Assembly (NCBI GenBank): GCA_977018835.1
Contig: OZ361258.1
Location: forward strand, 3,162,001 to 3,226,000
Source of the DNA: Minutocellus sp. GHC0000111
Taxonomy: Eukaryota
Direction of reading: 5' to 3'
Length of the DNA: 64,000 nucleotides
Shown: positions 47,818 through 61,796 of the stretch, in pieces
Position numbering within the stretch: the stretch's first letter is position 1
Layout: each line of letters starts with the position of its first letter
Notes under the pieces: generated by a model
Told to the model about the DNA's origin: nothing
Databases searched by the model: none
What the model saw: the letters and a program-made list of their open reading frames with translations, nothing else
Program-made: the position numbers and the translations under genes

Positions 47818-48690
47818 ATTGCCACAGTGGGTGTATCATGATCGTTTGGAATACTCGTCATCATCTGTTTGGAGTAAATTGGCAACCATGGGACGAAATC
47901 AATACTGGAGGGGAGATGACGAGCAGAATCCACCAGCCTTGGTTGTACTTGTCAGTGTGTCGAATGGCAATGGATTGTCGTTATTGAAAACGTCTGCAAT
48001 GCTCATCCTTCCACTCCTGGTTATATGTCAGGGCGGAATTGCATAAGTTTCAATACCATTTGGCCACATAGCACAACTTGTTGCACCCGAACTAATTGCA
48101 CCGCCCATCCCACCGCCAAAGAAATGTAGGGAAATTTTTTTACCAGTCACTCAACGGGGGGCTTCCTGACACTCGAACCACCGATGGAGCATATCAATCG
48201 CTCGAGTATAACATCAGTGAAAAAATCACCAAAGTTATCGAGGGTACTCCATCGGCTTGGTCCTCATCTATCGTCAGGTCTTCCGCGAGGGACGGCGTCC
48301 TGGCAAAAGCCACGTCAGATTTTGGGACATCCAGCGGTGTTTGGCCACTCTTGTGCACCCGATCTCAATAACACGGCCACACCAACACTTGATGCAACCA
48401 TCAAAGCGAGCCTTCAAGTGGTCCATCGTCGGTTTACTGTCATCCATTCGACCTTCACCACGTATTTTCTGTGCAATTGTAGGCATGAATTTCTTGGTGG
48501 AGGTCGATGACACAGTGCCGCTCGGCGAATTTCGGGATTTCCATCTCATAACTGCTCAGTCTTTTCTTTCTGGCATCAAGCTGCACCTATACCCGAGGCG
48601 CCCCGAGGTTGGGATGACAATTCCTCATCGTCTTGGTGGTCTTCTGGGTCCAAGTGACCGAGCTGCGCGCTACTTTGGAGATGTGCTCAT
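47755..48690 (-). pseudogene. Decayed membrane protein gene (copy 3)
   Basis: Copy of 17165-18100. Confidence 0.4.
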
Positions 48691-48949
48691 GTCGCCGCCT
48701 GATGACTGGACGGTATTTCCGGGTTTCTCTGACGGCTTCTAAAAAATGGAATGCAAGCACTAATTTCTTACGTCACTGGACGCCCTTTAGTGCTTTTTGC
48801 GTATCTTTCCTCTCGCAGCCACGCAGCCAAGTCGGCTCATTGTTTGCATTACCGCCCAGCCATTACCATCCCACCACCCCACCTCCTCCTGAACTGATCT
48901 CTGCGGCTCATTTATCAGAGGAGGAAAATGGCCGGTCATTTGTCGACTT

Positions 48950-51817
48950 TTGGCATATCTCGTGTCATGTTCGGCGGCCTTTACGCCATCTACGAGTAGC
49001 ACATGCTCGAGTTCTTCTCGGCGGTCATGTTCCTCGTCGGCGTCGACGTTGCGACTGCCTTCACTACATCCAACTTCTTCAGCTGATCGTGCCCAGCGGC
49101 ATTCGTCTCTTTTGCAATCGTCAAACAATGCAAACGATTGCATTTCCAAGAATGAAGAGGACGAAGAACAGCACACAGGGACTGAATATTCCTACTGCGA
49201 GGCAAGGATCATGCGCCCTCTGCGAACACTATCGGCAGCCGCGGCAATGACTCTGGTAGGACCAGCCACGCCATTTGTTGCATCTGCTGCCGACGAAATG
49301 ACCAAAGCCGCCATATCATCCTTCAATTCAGCCCTAGTGGAATATTTTGGCCCGTCGCTGCCGGCAGCTACGGCATCTCGACGTGTCCTGACGACGTTGG
49401 CATCCAGAGGTGGATATCTGCCCAATCAATTCCAGTCCAAAACGTTGCTGGGATCGACCTTTTGCAACGTCAGAAAGGCCGATAAATCCACATTTGAGGG
49501 ACAGCTGGAAGTTGGACTTGGAAAAGCTTCGTTGATTCCTGGCAGCACTGGTAGTGCCAGTAGCGCCAAAGGAGCCTCGCCAATCAACATCAATGGCATT
49601 GCCGGAGTACCCAATGCAGGTGCTATCAAACAGCTGTTGGCGCAATGTCCTCAGGGCGGCAAGGCCATCATCGTTTATGGATCCACAGTTGACATATCGG
49701 CATCGGGGGAGGTTGGGCGTGATGTTCGTGGATACGTCGGAAGATCAGGACTGGGCAACTGCGGTGCTTCCATTGCCGTCCTGGACGAACTCCGGTCCAG
49801 AAACAGACCTACTACTGCAACAAGCGGTGCCGAGGAGGGATCGCTCAAGTCTCTGGTCAGCGGCGGCGGCCAGGAAGAGGAGATACTGGCCAAGTTGCGA
49901 CGAAACCTTCTTGATGCCGGCGTCGACATCAATTCGTCTGATAGCAGCCGCCTAATGGCTGAGGTATCCAAGAAGCTGTTCAATGTCATTAGCGATTCGG
50001 TGGTGAAGGAAGTCGATTCAACGATCAAACAGAACGGATTTTGGGACGCAGTGTCGGAAGTAGTACTAATTGGTGGCATTGCCATTGATGGAGAAGAGGA
50101 TTATTTCTTGCCGGTGACTTTCCAAACCATTAGCGGAGGAGCTGATGGGACAACGAGTACGAATTTTATTGACAATCTGTACAATGCCGACTACGATGAG
50201 TTATCGCTACCCCAAAACAAGCAAGGCGGTGGCTCAACAACAACACCGTCGCTACCATCGGTGTCACTTCCAAAGGTTGATGTGCCCAAGATTGCAGTGC
50301 CGGATATCAAGGTACCAATCGTCGATCTCAAACTTCCTTCCGTTCCCGACATCAAGGCTCCTGCCATAACTCTCCCGAATGTCAGCGCACCTCAACTTGG
50401 CACTCTTCCTACCGTGAGCAAGACGACCGCAAATACCCTAGTGGGAGCCGGTGTAGCCACCGGCGTCATTGGAGGTGGCGTTTTGGCAGTAAATCAGCTT
50501 CGAAATAAGAACACCGAGCAATCCGAAGTGAAGGTAACAAACCAGCCCGAAGCATCTCCTGTTCAAATCACCCCCGATCCCGTGGAAACCACAACTCAGG
50601 ATGTACAGCTGATCGAAAGCGATCGTAAGCCCATCTTTTCGGTACCAGATTTCTTCACAAAGAAGGATGATTCCTCGAGCGCAACGATTGATGAAACTTT
50701 TCCGCCGACAACTCAGTCTCCCTCCGATCTTGATGGCCAAGTGGAAGTCGCAGAGGAAAAGAAGTTCTCACTTTCCTCGCTATCACTACCATCTGTATCG
50801 CTTCCACCGAATCCTTTTGGCGCCAAGGAGAAGGAGGAGATCATCACAAGCAAGGTATCAGCAGAGTCACCATCTTCATCATTGACGACAAATGATGAAA
50901 GTGGCGACACGAAGAAGCCATCCTTTTCCTTCCCTTCAATATCTGTCCCCAATCCATTTGAATCGAACGAGAGCGCACCAACATCATTGACGACAAATGA
51001 TGAAGAAAACGATAATGAAAAGAAGAAGCCGATTTCAATCCCCTCGATTTCGATTCCAAATCCACTTGACTCGATCCGAAGCGGTGCGATTGCGAATCGA
51101 TTCCGGAGCGGCGCTACTTCGTCTCTGACGGATGATCTTCTGGCATTGGCATTTGCGACGAATCAAGGCCAAGACGCAACGTCCCGACAAATGGAATCGG
51201 CACTGGATATTGTCGCAAAGCTCGAAAAGCTTGCCCCGGTACCGGCCAAGAAGCTCTTCTCCAAGGAAATGGAAGGTACTTGGGATCTGCAATTTTGCTC
51301 GGACCCATATTCTTTTAGATCGAATCCGTTTTTCATGGCACGCCGAAGTTCTTGCTCCTCGGACCCTATTCTGCGAAGCTACTACGAGGACGATTGCATG
51401 AACCTGCAGCAAGTACTACAAAAGAGCGGAAATGTTGATGCGGTGCGGCAGATTGTAAAGGGCGGGCAAATGATTTCTGAGACTGACCTTAGCACTGGCT
51501 TCGGTAAGAGTGCTCTCGTAAGTATTGCGGCATTGCGTCCGTCCTCAGCAAATACCAAACTCTCGGCTTGGGATGTATCGCTTCGAGGAACGGAAATCAA
51601 AGGAAAGTACCCACAATTGACACGTCAACTGCGCGAGATCAAAGCCGTCATGTCGGGTGTGATCAAGGCACCACCGTTTGCGACGACATATCTCGACGAG
51701 AATGTACGGATATCAAGAGACCAAGATGGAGCTGTCTATGTCTTCAGAAAGATATCCGACGTTGCAAAGCCAACCGACTATTCGTCACTGGCGAGAGATA
51801 CTACGAAGATTATTTGA
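48950..51817 (+). CDS. Pseudo-theta-CA/LCIB-TM-fibrillin fusion (copy 3)
   Basis: Same translation as copy 1. Confidence 0.85.
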   Translation: MAYLVSCSAAFTPSTSSTCSSSSRRSCSSSASTLRLPSLHPTSSADRAQRHSSLLQSSNNANDCISKNEEDEEQHTGTEYSYCEARIMRPLRTLSAAAAMTLVGPATPFVASAADEMTKAAISSFNSALVEYFGPSLPAATASRRVLTTLASRGGYLPNQFQSKTLLGSTFCNVRKADKSTFEGQLEVGLGKASLIPGSTGSASSAKGASPININGIAGVPNAGAIKQLLAQCPQGGKAIIVYGSTVDISASGEVGRDVRGYVGRSGLGNCGASIAVLDELRSRNRPTTATSGAEEGSLKSLVSGGGQEEEILAKLRRNLLDAGVDINSSDSSRLMAEVSKKLFNVISDSVVKEVDSTIKQNGFWDAVSEVVLIGGIAIDGEEDYFLPVTFQTISGGADGTTSTNFIDNLYNADYDELSLPQNKQGGGSTTTPSLPSVSLPKVDVPKIAVPDIKVPIVDLKLPSVPDIKAPAITLPNVSAPQLGTLPTVSKTTANTLVGAGVATGVIGGGVLAVNQLRNKNTEQSEVKVTNQPEASPVQITPDPVETTTQDVQLIESDRKPIFSVPDFFTKKDDSSSATIDETFPPTTQSPSDLDGQVEVAEEKKFSLSSLSLPSVSLPPNPFGAKEKEEIITSKVSAESPSSSLTTNDESGDTKKPSFSFPSISVPNPFESNESAPTSLTTNDEENDNEKKKPISIPSISIPNPLDSIRSGAIANRFRSGATSSLTDDLLALAFATNQGQDATSRQMESALDIVAKLEKLAPVPAKKLFSKEMEGTWDLQFCSDPYSFRSNPFFMARRSSCSSDPILRSYYEDDCMNLQQVLQKSGNVDAVRQIVKGGQMISETDLSTGFGKSALVSIAALRPSSANTKLSAWDVSLRGTEIKGKYPQLTRQLREIKAVMSGVIKAPPFATTYLDENVRISRDQDGAVYVFRKISDVAKPTDYSSLARDTTKII

Positions 51818-51953
51818 TGCCAATCAAATGTAGGCCAGAACAAAATTTACTGCATAAATTGTGCTATAGCATATGACTTAATGCATTCGGCTATCCTTAA
51901 TTTCCAATGGCCAATGCTCGTGGCAAGCTTACAATATATTCCTAATTTTCATT

Positions 51954-54680
51954 TTAATCCTCGCTCTCAGACTCGGGAGCTACCTTCTTCGTGCTAGTAG
52001 TTTTCTTGGTTGACGTTACCTTGGTCGAGGTAGTTTTTGTTGGGGCTTTCTTCTCAGCACCAGTTGATGTAGAAGTAGTCTTCTTCACAAGATCAACCAT
52101 GCCGACAGTAGGCGTCGTCTTTGTTACCGTCGACGATGTTCCGCTGGTCTTCTTCCCGGCGGTACTCGTCGTGGCTGCCGTCGTTTTGGTAAAAGTAGTT
52201 TTGGTGTTACCATCCGCTGTAGTCTTCGTTACGGAAGATCCCTTCGCGGCGGCTTTGGCGGCGCTGCTCGAGACAACCTTTTTCGTCGTTGAAACGGGCT
52301 TCTTTGCAGGAGCTGCCTCCTCTTCTTCGCTGCTATCGGCTTCCTCTTGCTCTTCCTCTTCGCTTACATCGTCATCTTCAGATGTATCCTCATCGTCGGC
52401 AGATTCTTCGTCGCCGCTCTCCTCGCTATCGGCCTCCTCATCCTCTTCTCCGGACTGGGCACTATTGTCGGCATCTTGTGACTCGCTCTCATCGGCCTGA
52501 CCATCTTCCGAACCACTGTCTTCTTCAACTTTCTCTTCATCACTGCCACTCTCCTCTTCCTCTTCCTCTATATTTTCCTCCTCCTCCTCCTCCTTCTTGA
52601 CATCATCGCTCGATGCATTCTTATCGTCGTCTCGTGATTCATCGCCGGATAGCTCGCTCTCACTGATCTCGTCATCCGGCTGCTCTTTCGATTGAAACTT
52701 GGGTGCCAATGGTGGTGTCTGAGGTTCCTGCGGAATTGGCTTCGGCTCGGGGGCGCCGGGATTGCCAGCCGGCAAGACATTGCCCGGCTGCTCTCCAGTC
52801 GTCCCGATCTTGGGCTTATCCTTCAACATATACTTCAGCTTGGCGGCGACCGCATCCTCCCATGCTCGAAATCCATCCTCGGTGGGATGGCCACGCACGG
52901 AAATCATATTGGACTTGAGGATCCATGCACCACGGCCGGATCGGGAGGCAAAAATGTCGGTGGCGTCAAAGTAGGTGATATGGTCGTGACGTTCAGCAAA
53001 CCGACGCAAATTGTTATTGATAACGTTGATCGCAGGCCAGAGCGGAGTCTCACTCTGCCGCACAAACAACTTCTTGGGATCACGGCGCTTGTAAGTAGTC
53101 TTATCGCGCATAATGGGATTAATAGCGTCCTTTCGGAGCCGCTGGGCCAACTGCTTGTTCATGAATGCCTGGCGCTTCTTGAGAAGTTCTTGCATCCTAG
53201 CACGTTTCTCCGCAAGTTCAGCTTGGCGCTTTTGCTCCGGCGTTAGCTTTGCAGTGGACTTTCTGCCAGCAAGCCGGCGAGTTCGCAGATGCTTGGGGAA
53301 TTTATTGCCCCGCCCCTTGTCGGCTGCATCGTCGTCATCCTCCTTTTCTCCCTGAATGGCCTTGGAGGGCTTGCGAGCAATGTGCGACGAGTCGACAGTT
53401 ACAGTCGGCCGAGGACCAAAGATGCGACCACGGCCAATACCGCGAGAGGGGATGTTGACACTGTTTCGAAAAGCATCCTTGTAATCATTCTGAAGAGGGA
53501 AAGCCCCGCTGCGTACATCGGTCATTGGCAGCAACGAATTGATGACAATCTTGGCATCGGGCTTCTTCATACGAATTTCTTCCACGACTCTGAGGATGCC
53601 CATGATGACCACCTCCTCGGAGCACTGCATCCTCGCCAAATCATTCATACCCATGGAAATCCACCAAACTCTGGGATTGAACGCATCGGGCATCTCGCCG
53701 TGCATCAGGCGCCATAGAACATTAGCCGACGCATCCCCGGCAATTCCGAGAGGCACCGCTTCGAGGGGTGCTCCATAGCGCTTCTGGAAACGCTTGTTGA
53801 ACATCTTGGCCAACGATTCCAGATGCTCGCCCTGGATTATAAAGATAATGTCAGAAGGTTTTGGTTGGTTGAGATTGAATGTGCACAAGCAAAATAAATG
53901 AAGATATACTACAACAGAACATGCATTCCGGAGAAATTATGCAGCTGGTGAATGAAACAGGCCACACACGCTATGCAATATTTCCATATTTCCGCATATG
54001 CTATGCAATAATATATCCATAACTAACTACATGTAAATAACACAACCAAATGCAAGCACCGCACTCACCTGCGTCATACCCAACCATCTGCCATCCATCT
54101 CCTCGATAAGAGATTCTCCCAAAAATGCCACATCTACGTCCGATTCCGGACTATAAGGATCCGTATAGCGATTGATGAGACGCTTGTTGGCGGCATGGGC
54201 CTTGCTCCAGCTCTTGTATTCTCCTCTGTCGGCCGGAACGAGAGGATCTTCGCATCTGCAAGAAGAATCGTCGCCCGCCAAACACCAATGACTAATATCT
54301 CCCGCCTTGAGATCATACTGGGAGTTGACGTTGGTCCAATCATGTTCGACGACGCCCACCTCAGCAGTGGGATCCAGCAGGTACATGAGGCCGTAAGCCA
54401 TGCCAATGAAAGCCAGCAAAGTTAGAATCCAACCGCATTTCGGACTCGACTGAAAGGTCAGCCAGCAGCACGCCGACAGATAACCGCAGCATCCCAACCC
54501 GCCGTGCGAGGAGTAGTACGACTTGTGCCGGTCGGCGTATGTGTAGGTGCTGGATGTGCTGGCAAAGGCCGACTGGGCGACCGATTTCGATGGCGAATTA
54601 CCGCCGCCGCCATTGCCGAGCAAATCGTCGAGATCGGAATCCAGACCAGGACCGCCCGCTGTGCCGTGGGACTGTGCCAT
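51954..54680 (-). CDS. SGNH hydrolase-like protein, 2 exons (copy 3)
   Basis: Copy of 21364-24090. Confidence 0.85.
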
Positions 54681-55224
54681 GGTGTTTGTGTGTTGTATCA
54701 AACAAATAAATGAGAGTACTCTTCGCCGAGGTTAGCAGTTTGGGTAGTTTGTTTGCCTTGCGAACGCAAAGGAGAGTTTTTATGCCCCCCCGCGAGCAAT
54801 GATGAGAAGATGGAAGAGGAACACCCAACGCGCAGCAATCGAATGCCGCAAGGCTTTGCTTGTTTATGCTGTAATTAAAAGCGGATACACAGGCGTCGAA
54901 GTAACTCAGCACGTGCAACCACAGCCAGCGAGTGAGGGAAGATACGACCACCGGCACGTGTTGTGTTCGCTGAAATTTTGTTTCCATTTTATTTAACGGC
55001 TTTTCCATTGACCCCTAAAATGGTATGAATTTTGACCCTCGGCCCCACTCCCCACTGGTCCGCCCAATTATTCCAAGTGCAATGCACCGGATAGAGAGAT
55101 CAAAGACTCCAACAAAGTTTACATGCTACTCCTAGAGTGATCTCTAAACCTAAACCTTGAACGTTATTCACGCCTGGCCACCAAGAAGAAAAATGTGCAC
55201 ATCATGCAACACCTCATTCTCATC

Positions 55225-56201
55225 TCATATGGAATCCCTCCTGCCAATGAATTCTGGAATGCCGACGCCTCTTTCCTCCTCCAATTCTTGCCCTTGTGCT
55301 CCATCATCCTTTTTCTGGTCTTCTATACATCGTCGCACACCCTCCCAAACACCACGAAGGTTCATCGGTTGAAAGCTTGCAATTTTGATAACCGTTTTGG
55401 AACTGCTCGTTACCAAGCCCATCAGCTTCTTCTTGGAGGGATCACGGCCACAATGTACGTCAAGGGCAGCACGCATCCATCATATCTAACCACCTGATCT
55501 TCTTCGCCGTCGTCATTCTGGATGAGATAGGCACCCTCCAGGGAATGCTCTTCCACATCCACCGATAGTTTTCTTTGGTTGACAGACTCAAGCACGGCCG
55601 TGCTGTATTCGGATTTGGTCTTGTAGAGCTTGAGCATTGGGCCTGCGCCATTTGCAAGGATTCCACCCACCACGGCATATTGCTTTCGCCATTCCTTGAG
55701 GGATTTGGGCCAAGTCATCTCGTCTCCCTCCTTTCCGATATGTACCAGCACATTGTCTTCAGCATTGTGAATGTACGACCACGGTGGGCAGTAGAAGAAC
55801 AGCTTCATGGGACGCTTCGCTTGTCTCAACAATTGAAGGGCAATGTGCTTATCGGCTGCATCTTCTTCGTTGACCTTGCACAGCACATGGCCCTTGTCAA
55901 TGCCCGCCTGATATCCCGCCGAACCGTCAAAGAGAAATGTCACGACGGGTCGGTTTCGCAGCTCCCAGGTTATCTCTCGATCGGCCGGAGAAAGCAGAAC
56001 TCCATCGACCTCTCGCGCGTCATAAAATAGAATGCCCAGGGATGGTGCGTCGATGGTAATCTCGTAATAATCCCCTCCCATGGGCAATTCGAACGCCATA
56101 CTCTCGCGTTTGCTCATGGAATGTCTTCGAGGAATTGCGCGTGTTGTACCGGGCTGGTCATCGTTGCTGTGGTTGTCTTCTCCTTTGACTTTTGCGCTCA
56201 T
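55225..56201 (-). CDS. PDZ/PH-like protein with apparent frameshift (copy 3)
   Basis: Copy of 24635-25611. Confidence 0.65.
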
Positions 56202-56938
56202 ATTCGTGGATCTGATGCCGACGATAGGGATCAAACGAATAAGCAGATAATACCCCGAAGAGAAAGAAGCAACGCATCAGCAGCGTTCAGTCAGTGTGCT
56301 TAGGATAGGCCACGCCGTTGCTTGCTTTGTGCTGGCGTGGTTCGTCGCCTTGTGTCCCTTGGCTCGTCGCCTTGAACTTGTGCTTGCTTGCCCACCAGAT
56401 CAATGATGACCCCGCGGCCCGCGCGCCTCTCGGCCGCCGCAGCATCCCGCCCTTTTTGCAACTCAAGCGCAAAGAGATATCGGTACATGCCTCATAGGTC
56501 TAGTCAATGACTACTTTTCAATTAGTTCAATACATTTTCAATTTACTCCTATATTTGAATTCTTCTAAAAATTAACGATGATACAAAGGCAGGAGAAACG
56601 AGTTCTCTCCCTGAAATAAATTGACTTGATTTGAATGATGAATAGTAATGATAGTACGACATGAACACGACAATGTCACAAGATTTTTCTGATGTTTGGT
56701 TCCCACGATAAATAAATAATGATAGATAGTAATAATAAACATTTCAATGTTGAATGTTGATGATGATGATGCGATACGCCATTGCGTTGTCGAAAGGGCG
56801 GAAGATGGGGGAGTTGTTATTACCCCGCGTTTTCGACATTTTGACAGGCAGTTCTTCTCTAATAAGCACATGTGTATCGATTGGAAAGACAAAGTACGAT
56901 CGCAGATACGAAGTAGGATCAGCCGGAGGACAGTCGAC

Positions 56939-59900
56939 TCAGTAGTATTGATTCTGATACTGATACTGCTGCTGGCCCTGATTATGGTAGTGCTGATGGT
57001 GCGGATTTGAGTACTGCTGATGCTGATGTTGGTGGTTGTATTGAGGATAATATCGACCACCACCGCCAGCTCCACTGCCATCCATGTTGTTTGGCGGGCC
57101 TTGATGGTGCTGCTGCTGCCGAACTCGCTTATGCTGCACCTTGAGGCGCTTGTTGCCAATCTGGTAACCATTCATCTCTTGAATGGCACTCTGAGCGGCG
57201 TCGGGAGAGTCATACGAGACGAAGCCAAATCCCTTGGATTCGCCCGTGTTCCTATCGACATACACCTTGGCCGATATGACATTCCCGAACGGAGCAAAGG
57301 CCGAGACCAGATCTGGATCGGTCAAATCGTGAGGCAGGTGATAAATGAAGAGGTTGGCTCCCGGTGGACCCTCCCGAGGCCGAGGACCGGTATCGGCACC
57401 GCCGCCACCACCGCCAGCGCCGTAGCTGCTACCGCTTCCTCCTCCGCCATACTGAGCACCGGAATTGGCATGCCCATCGGCAGTCTCACCATCACCTCCA
57501 TATGATCCTTGCCCATGATGGTAAGGTCGGCGGTCACCACCTCCTGGAGAATACTGGTGGTGCTGGTGGTGCTGATGATGAGGGCTTCCGTACATTCCCT
57601 CATTGTAACCACTGCTTCCCATAGGACCTCGCTGGTTATGATACGATTGAGAACCATATCCACCACCACCTGTCGATGAGGAGGCCGTATCCGAGATCTT
57701 GTGCTGCACCTTGAGCCTCTTCGGACCGATCTGATAGCCGTTCATCTCCGCGATGGCACTTTCGGCTGCTTCGCAGTTATCATACGAAACAAAGCCAAAG
57801 CCCTTGGACTCGCCGGTATGCCGATCGATGTAAACCGAGGCCGAAATAACGTTGCCATACGGAGCAAAGGCCTCAGCCAGATCCGAGTCGTTGAAGTCGT
57901 GCGGCAAATGATAGATGAAGAGGTTGGCACCTTGCGGACCTTCCCTTGGTCGCGGCCCGCCTGTGCCTGCGTCCGGACCAAAGATATTGCCTCCACTGCC
58001 ATGGCCGGCGTAGTCGCCTCCGAAACTGCCAGAATTTTGGTACTGGGGAGGCTGTTGTTGTTGATGTTGATGCATGGCGTCGCCTCGATCGGATGGAGAC
58101 AGCTGAGGTGGAGCGGGAGGGAGAGGTCCCATGTCGACGCCAGGATTGCCCTGCTGACCACCCTGACCGATAGAGGATGGATCACTACTCGTTGGAGTCG
58201 ACGGGGGGTGCAAGGCGCCGGCGCTGGTGCCATTGGAAGAGGGAGGAGAAGACTTATCGTCGGCATACTCGACGACTATCGGGTTGGGCATGCCGGGACA
58301 AGTGAAGGTCCCTCCGCTCAGACCAGCCATCACTGCCTTGGTATCCTCTCGGGTCTTCATCCACACAAAGGCACAGCCCTTCTTTGATCCATCATGATTG
58401 CACAGCAAGACTACCGAATGCACCTGTCCGTACGGTTCGATCATGGCCTTGATTTCCTTCTCGCCGTAGTCCTTGGACAGTGTGCCAACAAACAGCTTGC
58501 GCCTGTCGTAGTATTGCTGCGGATCGGAGGTGGCGTTTGCATGCTGCGGCTCGTCGGCGAACCGTACCTGCAGCGTCCTCTTGGCGGAATGATTCCATCT
58601 CTGAGGATCGAACGGCAGAGTTCCGTGGACCTTGTCCATGGCCCTTTGGGCATCTTCCACCTTTTGGTACGTTACAAAGGCACATCCCCGATGGCCGTTG
58701 GAGTATCGGTCACGAATGATGGAGATGTCGGCCAGTGGCCCGTACGGACCAAAGATGGGGATGAGGTCCGACTCGGTCATTCGCTTGGGCACCTGACCAA
58801 CAAAGAGCTTGGCGTTGACGTTGGTGGGCGCTGATCCGGTTGTCGTCGAGTTATCTTCCAAAGTCCCGGATCTTGCTGCAGCCGCCGTGGCCAGGGAGGA
58901 TGAACTTGGGGCAGACTCTTGTATCTCGGGCATAACACTGGTAGGAGCAGCTGCCACTGCAGGTGCCGCCGTACTGCGTTGCTGTGGCTGCAGAGTGGCC
59001 GGCGACCTTGGCGACCTGGCCGCCGTCACGGCAGATGAGAGGGACGACATGGACGGAATGACCAACTTCTCGGGTAGGATGCCTGGAGTTTCGTTGGTAG
59101 AGCCTTGCTGCTGTTGGTTGGGAAAATGATGGTGATTTCTCGAGGGCGTGGAAGTCAATGCAGCCATTGGGCTGTAAGGTGCTTGTTGTTGTTGCTGATG
59201 ATGATTCTGACCGGGCATTGTCCCATACTGTTGTTGTTGACCTCCCACCCCTTGTATCTGCTGTTGTTGCTGCTGACGATGCGACGGCGATGGTATGGGC
59301 GCAAACGGACTGAGCTGGACATTGTTACTGCCACTACTGCTATGGCCACCAATCGGCCCACCAAATTGCAACTGACTGCTGCTCCTGCCGCCACCGGTGC
59401 CGCCTGTACCTCCACTAGCGGCCGATACCGCCGAGATCCCCCCGACCGACATGGACGACAGCGGCCGTTGTCCACCGATGGGAGTCGGTGCGGGCGTAAT
59501 GTTGCTGCCCAGACTCAAATTTTTGTCGAGACTCGTGCTCAATCCCAGCAATACGTCGGTTGAGGACGAATTGGCGTGGTGGTTGTTGTTACTGCCAAAA
59601 CCGATGATGCCACTCCCAGCACCACCACTACCAGGACTGTTGTGACTCGAAGAGGTTGATGTAGCCTCGTGAATGACACCACCTCCACCACCTCCCGCAC
59701 CAAACGACATGGAGGATAAATCGAGTCCTTCCTCTAAAACCGAGTTGGGACAACAACTACTACCACCGCCAATAATGCCAGAACTAGTGCTGGTAATCCC
59801 CCAACCTCGGCCAAAAAGGTCCTTGTTCTGTTAATGTTGGGAGTCCCCCCAAGACTGGCAGAGCCAGACGAAGTGACGAACCCGACGGCACTGGCCGGCC

Positions 59901-60672
59901 GACTTCCACCACCATTACTGATTGCAACACCGCTCGCACCTGGAAGAATAGTCGTGCCCACGCCAGCGGCATGACCGAGGACTCCGCCAGGCGAGGAAAG
60001 CGTTCGGGCTCGATTGAACTCAAAGTGACTCGGCGTGCTGGGAGTCGTCCGACCCAAGATACCGGTGCCAATATTGGTCCCCAGCGAAAGGGACGACGTG
60101 CTGCCCCAAAATTTATGAGGACCCGGCGAAGTTCCTGCAGCGGCATTCGCCGAACTCGACACCATGTTCGTATTCGTGCTGGCCAGAGTCGAGGCAGTCT
60201 GGGCCGTGTCGGTCGTGACAGTTCGGGCTCTGCCTGGTACGCCGCCGCTGCTGGCCGAATTATTGATACAGCCGCCGCCACCTCCGCCGAGACCATACAG
60301 GACGCTGTTCATGTTTTCCGACGTAACGTTGATAGCACTGTTATTGTGTGTATTAAGTGTATCAAAGTTATTACCGGTACCAGTGCCAGAAGAAGCACTC
60401 ATGCCCCGAAAGGGCGAAAGCGGCACGTCGTCCTCGTCGTAATTCTCTGCAAATCCGTATCCTCCTCCACTTGCCAAATGATTTATGTTCGAGTTGTTGC
60501 CATTATTATTATTGGAAGTGTTATTGGCATACGAAGGCAAGAGCGAGGAGATGTGATCGTGATGTTCAGGGTTGTTATTCGTGGTACTCGTGGTAGTATC
60601 TTGACTTCCATTCGCAAATGTTCTTTCCTGCTCGATTCCCGCCCCCGCCACTGGATGCAGCTCGGACTGCAT
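56939..60672 (-). CDS. CELF-like 4-RRM protein (copy 3)
   Basis: Copy of 26349-30082. Confidence 0.85.
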
Positions 60673-61183
60673 ATCACGTGCCGGTTCTGCTTATGAAACG
60701 AAGATACACGCGAGTTATGTGCTTGGAATGTGAGTTAACGAAGGTACATGGATAAATCTTTCGTTCGACGTGGTGTCAGTTGAGTTTGTCAAAGGAAATA
60801 GCACGGCCGGGCCCGACGAAGGACCGAAGGGTTGCTATGGGCGGGGTGGGTGAGCGGTTCTCTTCTTTCGTCGAACAGTGACGGATCTTGCTTCTGCCGC
60901 AGCAAGCATCCAAACGTTTTTGAATTGGAGGTTAGAACTATACTAATATGATACTTTAATAAATTATCACGAGTATTTTGGTAGTCGCCTGTAAACGACC
61001 ATTTTAATAAGAATTATAAAAAATACAAGATATATTTTATTGGACAGCTAAATTGTAGATGCGAGTTTTTTGGCGGTCGTTGAGCTCATATCCTTTTGGG
61101 GCTCATGACCTGATACATACTTGATGAAGAAACAATCGGCGACAGGCGGTTGCCAGACGAAGAAGGAATTAGAAATAGATGTA

Positions 61184-61360
61184 CAGTCCGTTCTCACCTA
61201 TAAGCAATTGGTAATTGCTTAGGTGAGGGCTGAGATTCTGAGCATATTGCTTATTCTAAGAGCTTATTGGTACCTCATTTGCATGTTATTCCTTATTCCA
61301 AAATAAGCAATTTTAGACCTCGGGCCGGAGTCTCAATTGCTTATAGGTGAGAACGGACTG
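61184..61360. mobile_element. Tc1/mariner-type MITE (copy 3)
   Basis: Same TIRs and TA flanks as copy 1. Confidence 0.88.
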
Positions 61361-61577
61361 TACATGTAGATCTACTTTTTTCACCTTTGGTATACATGGA
61401 AATGGATTTAACTGCATCACAACATAAAATGAAGGGAGATAACCAAACTTGATAGATCTACCGGTACATGTAGATCTACATGTACATGTGACAGAGACTG
61501 CCAGCAAAATAAAATATTTCTTTTCTTTATGTTATCGAATATGCAGCTTTTCAAACATCGAACCGCACAATACTCAC

Positions 61578-61796
61578 TTAGTTGCCAACCAAAATGTTGT
61601 TGATGGGGATGTGAATGAGCTTGACGAAGAAACCAATAAATCCCATGATAGCAAAACCGACGCCGGTGGCCTTGGCAATCGCCGTGAATTCCTTCCGGTC
61701 GGGCTTGGTGCACTTCTTCACCAGGTGCATGGAATCCTTGGCAAACTGCCGGAGGGGCTCAATGACGTTTTCTTGGAATCCTTCTTCGCCGGCCAT
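61578..61796 (-). CDS. SEC61G: Sec61 gamma (copy 3)
   Basis: Same translation as copy 1. Confidence 0.96.
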   Translation of the reverse strand: MAGEEGFQENVIEPLRQFAKDSMHLVKKCTKPDRKEFTAIAKATGVGFAIMGFIGFFVKLIHIPINNILVGN

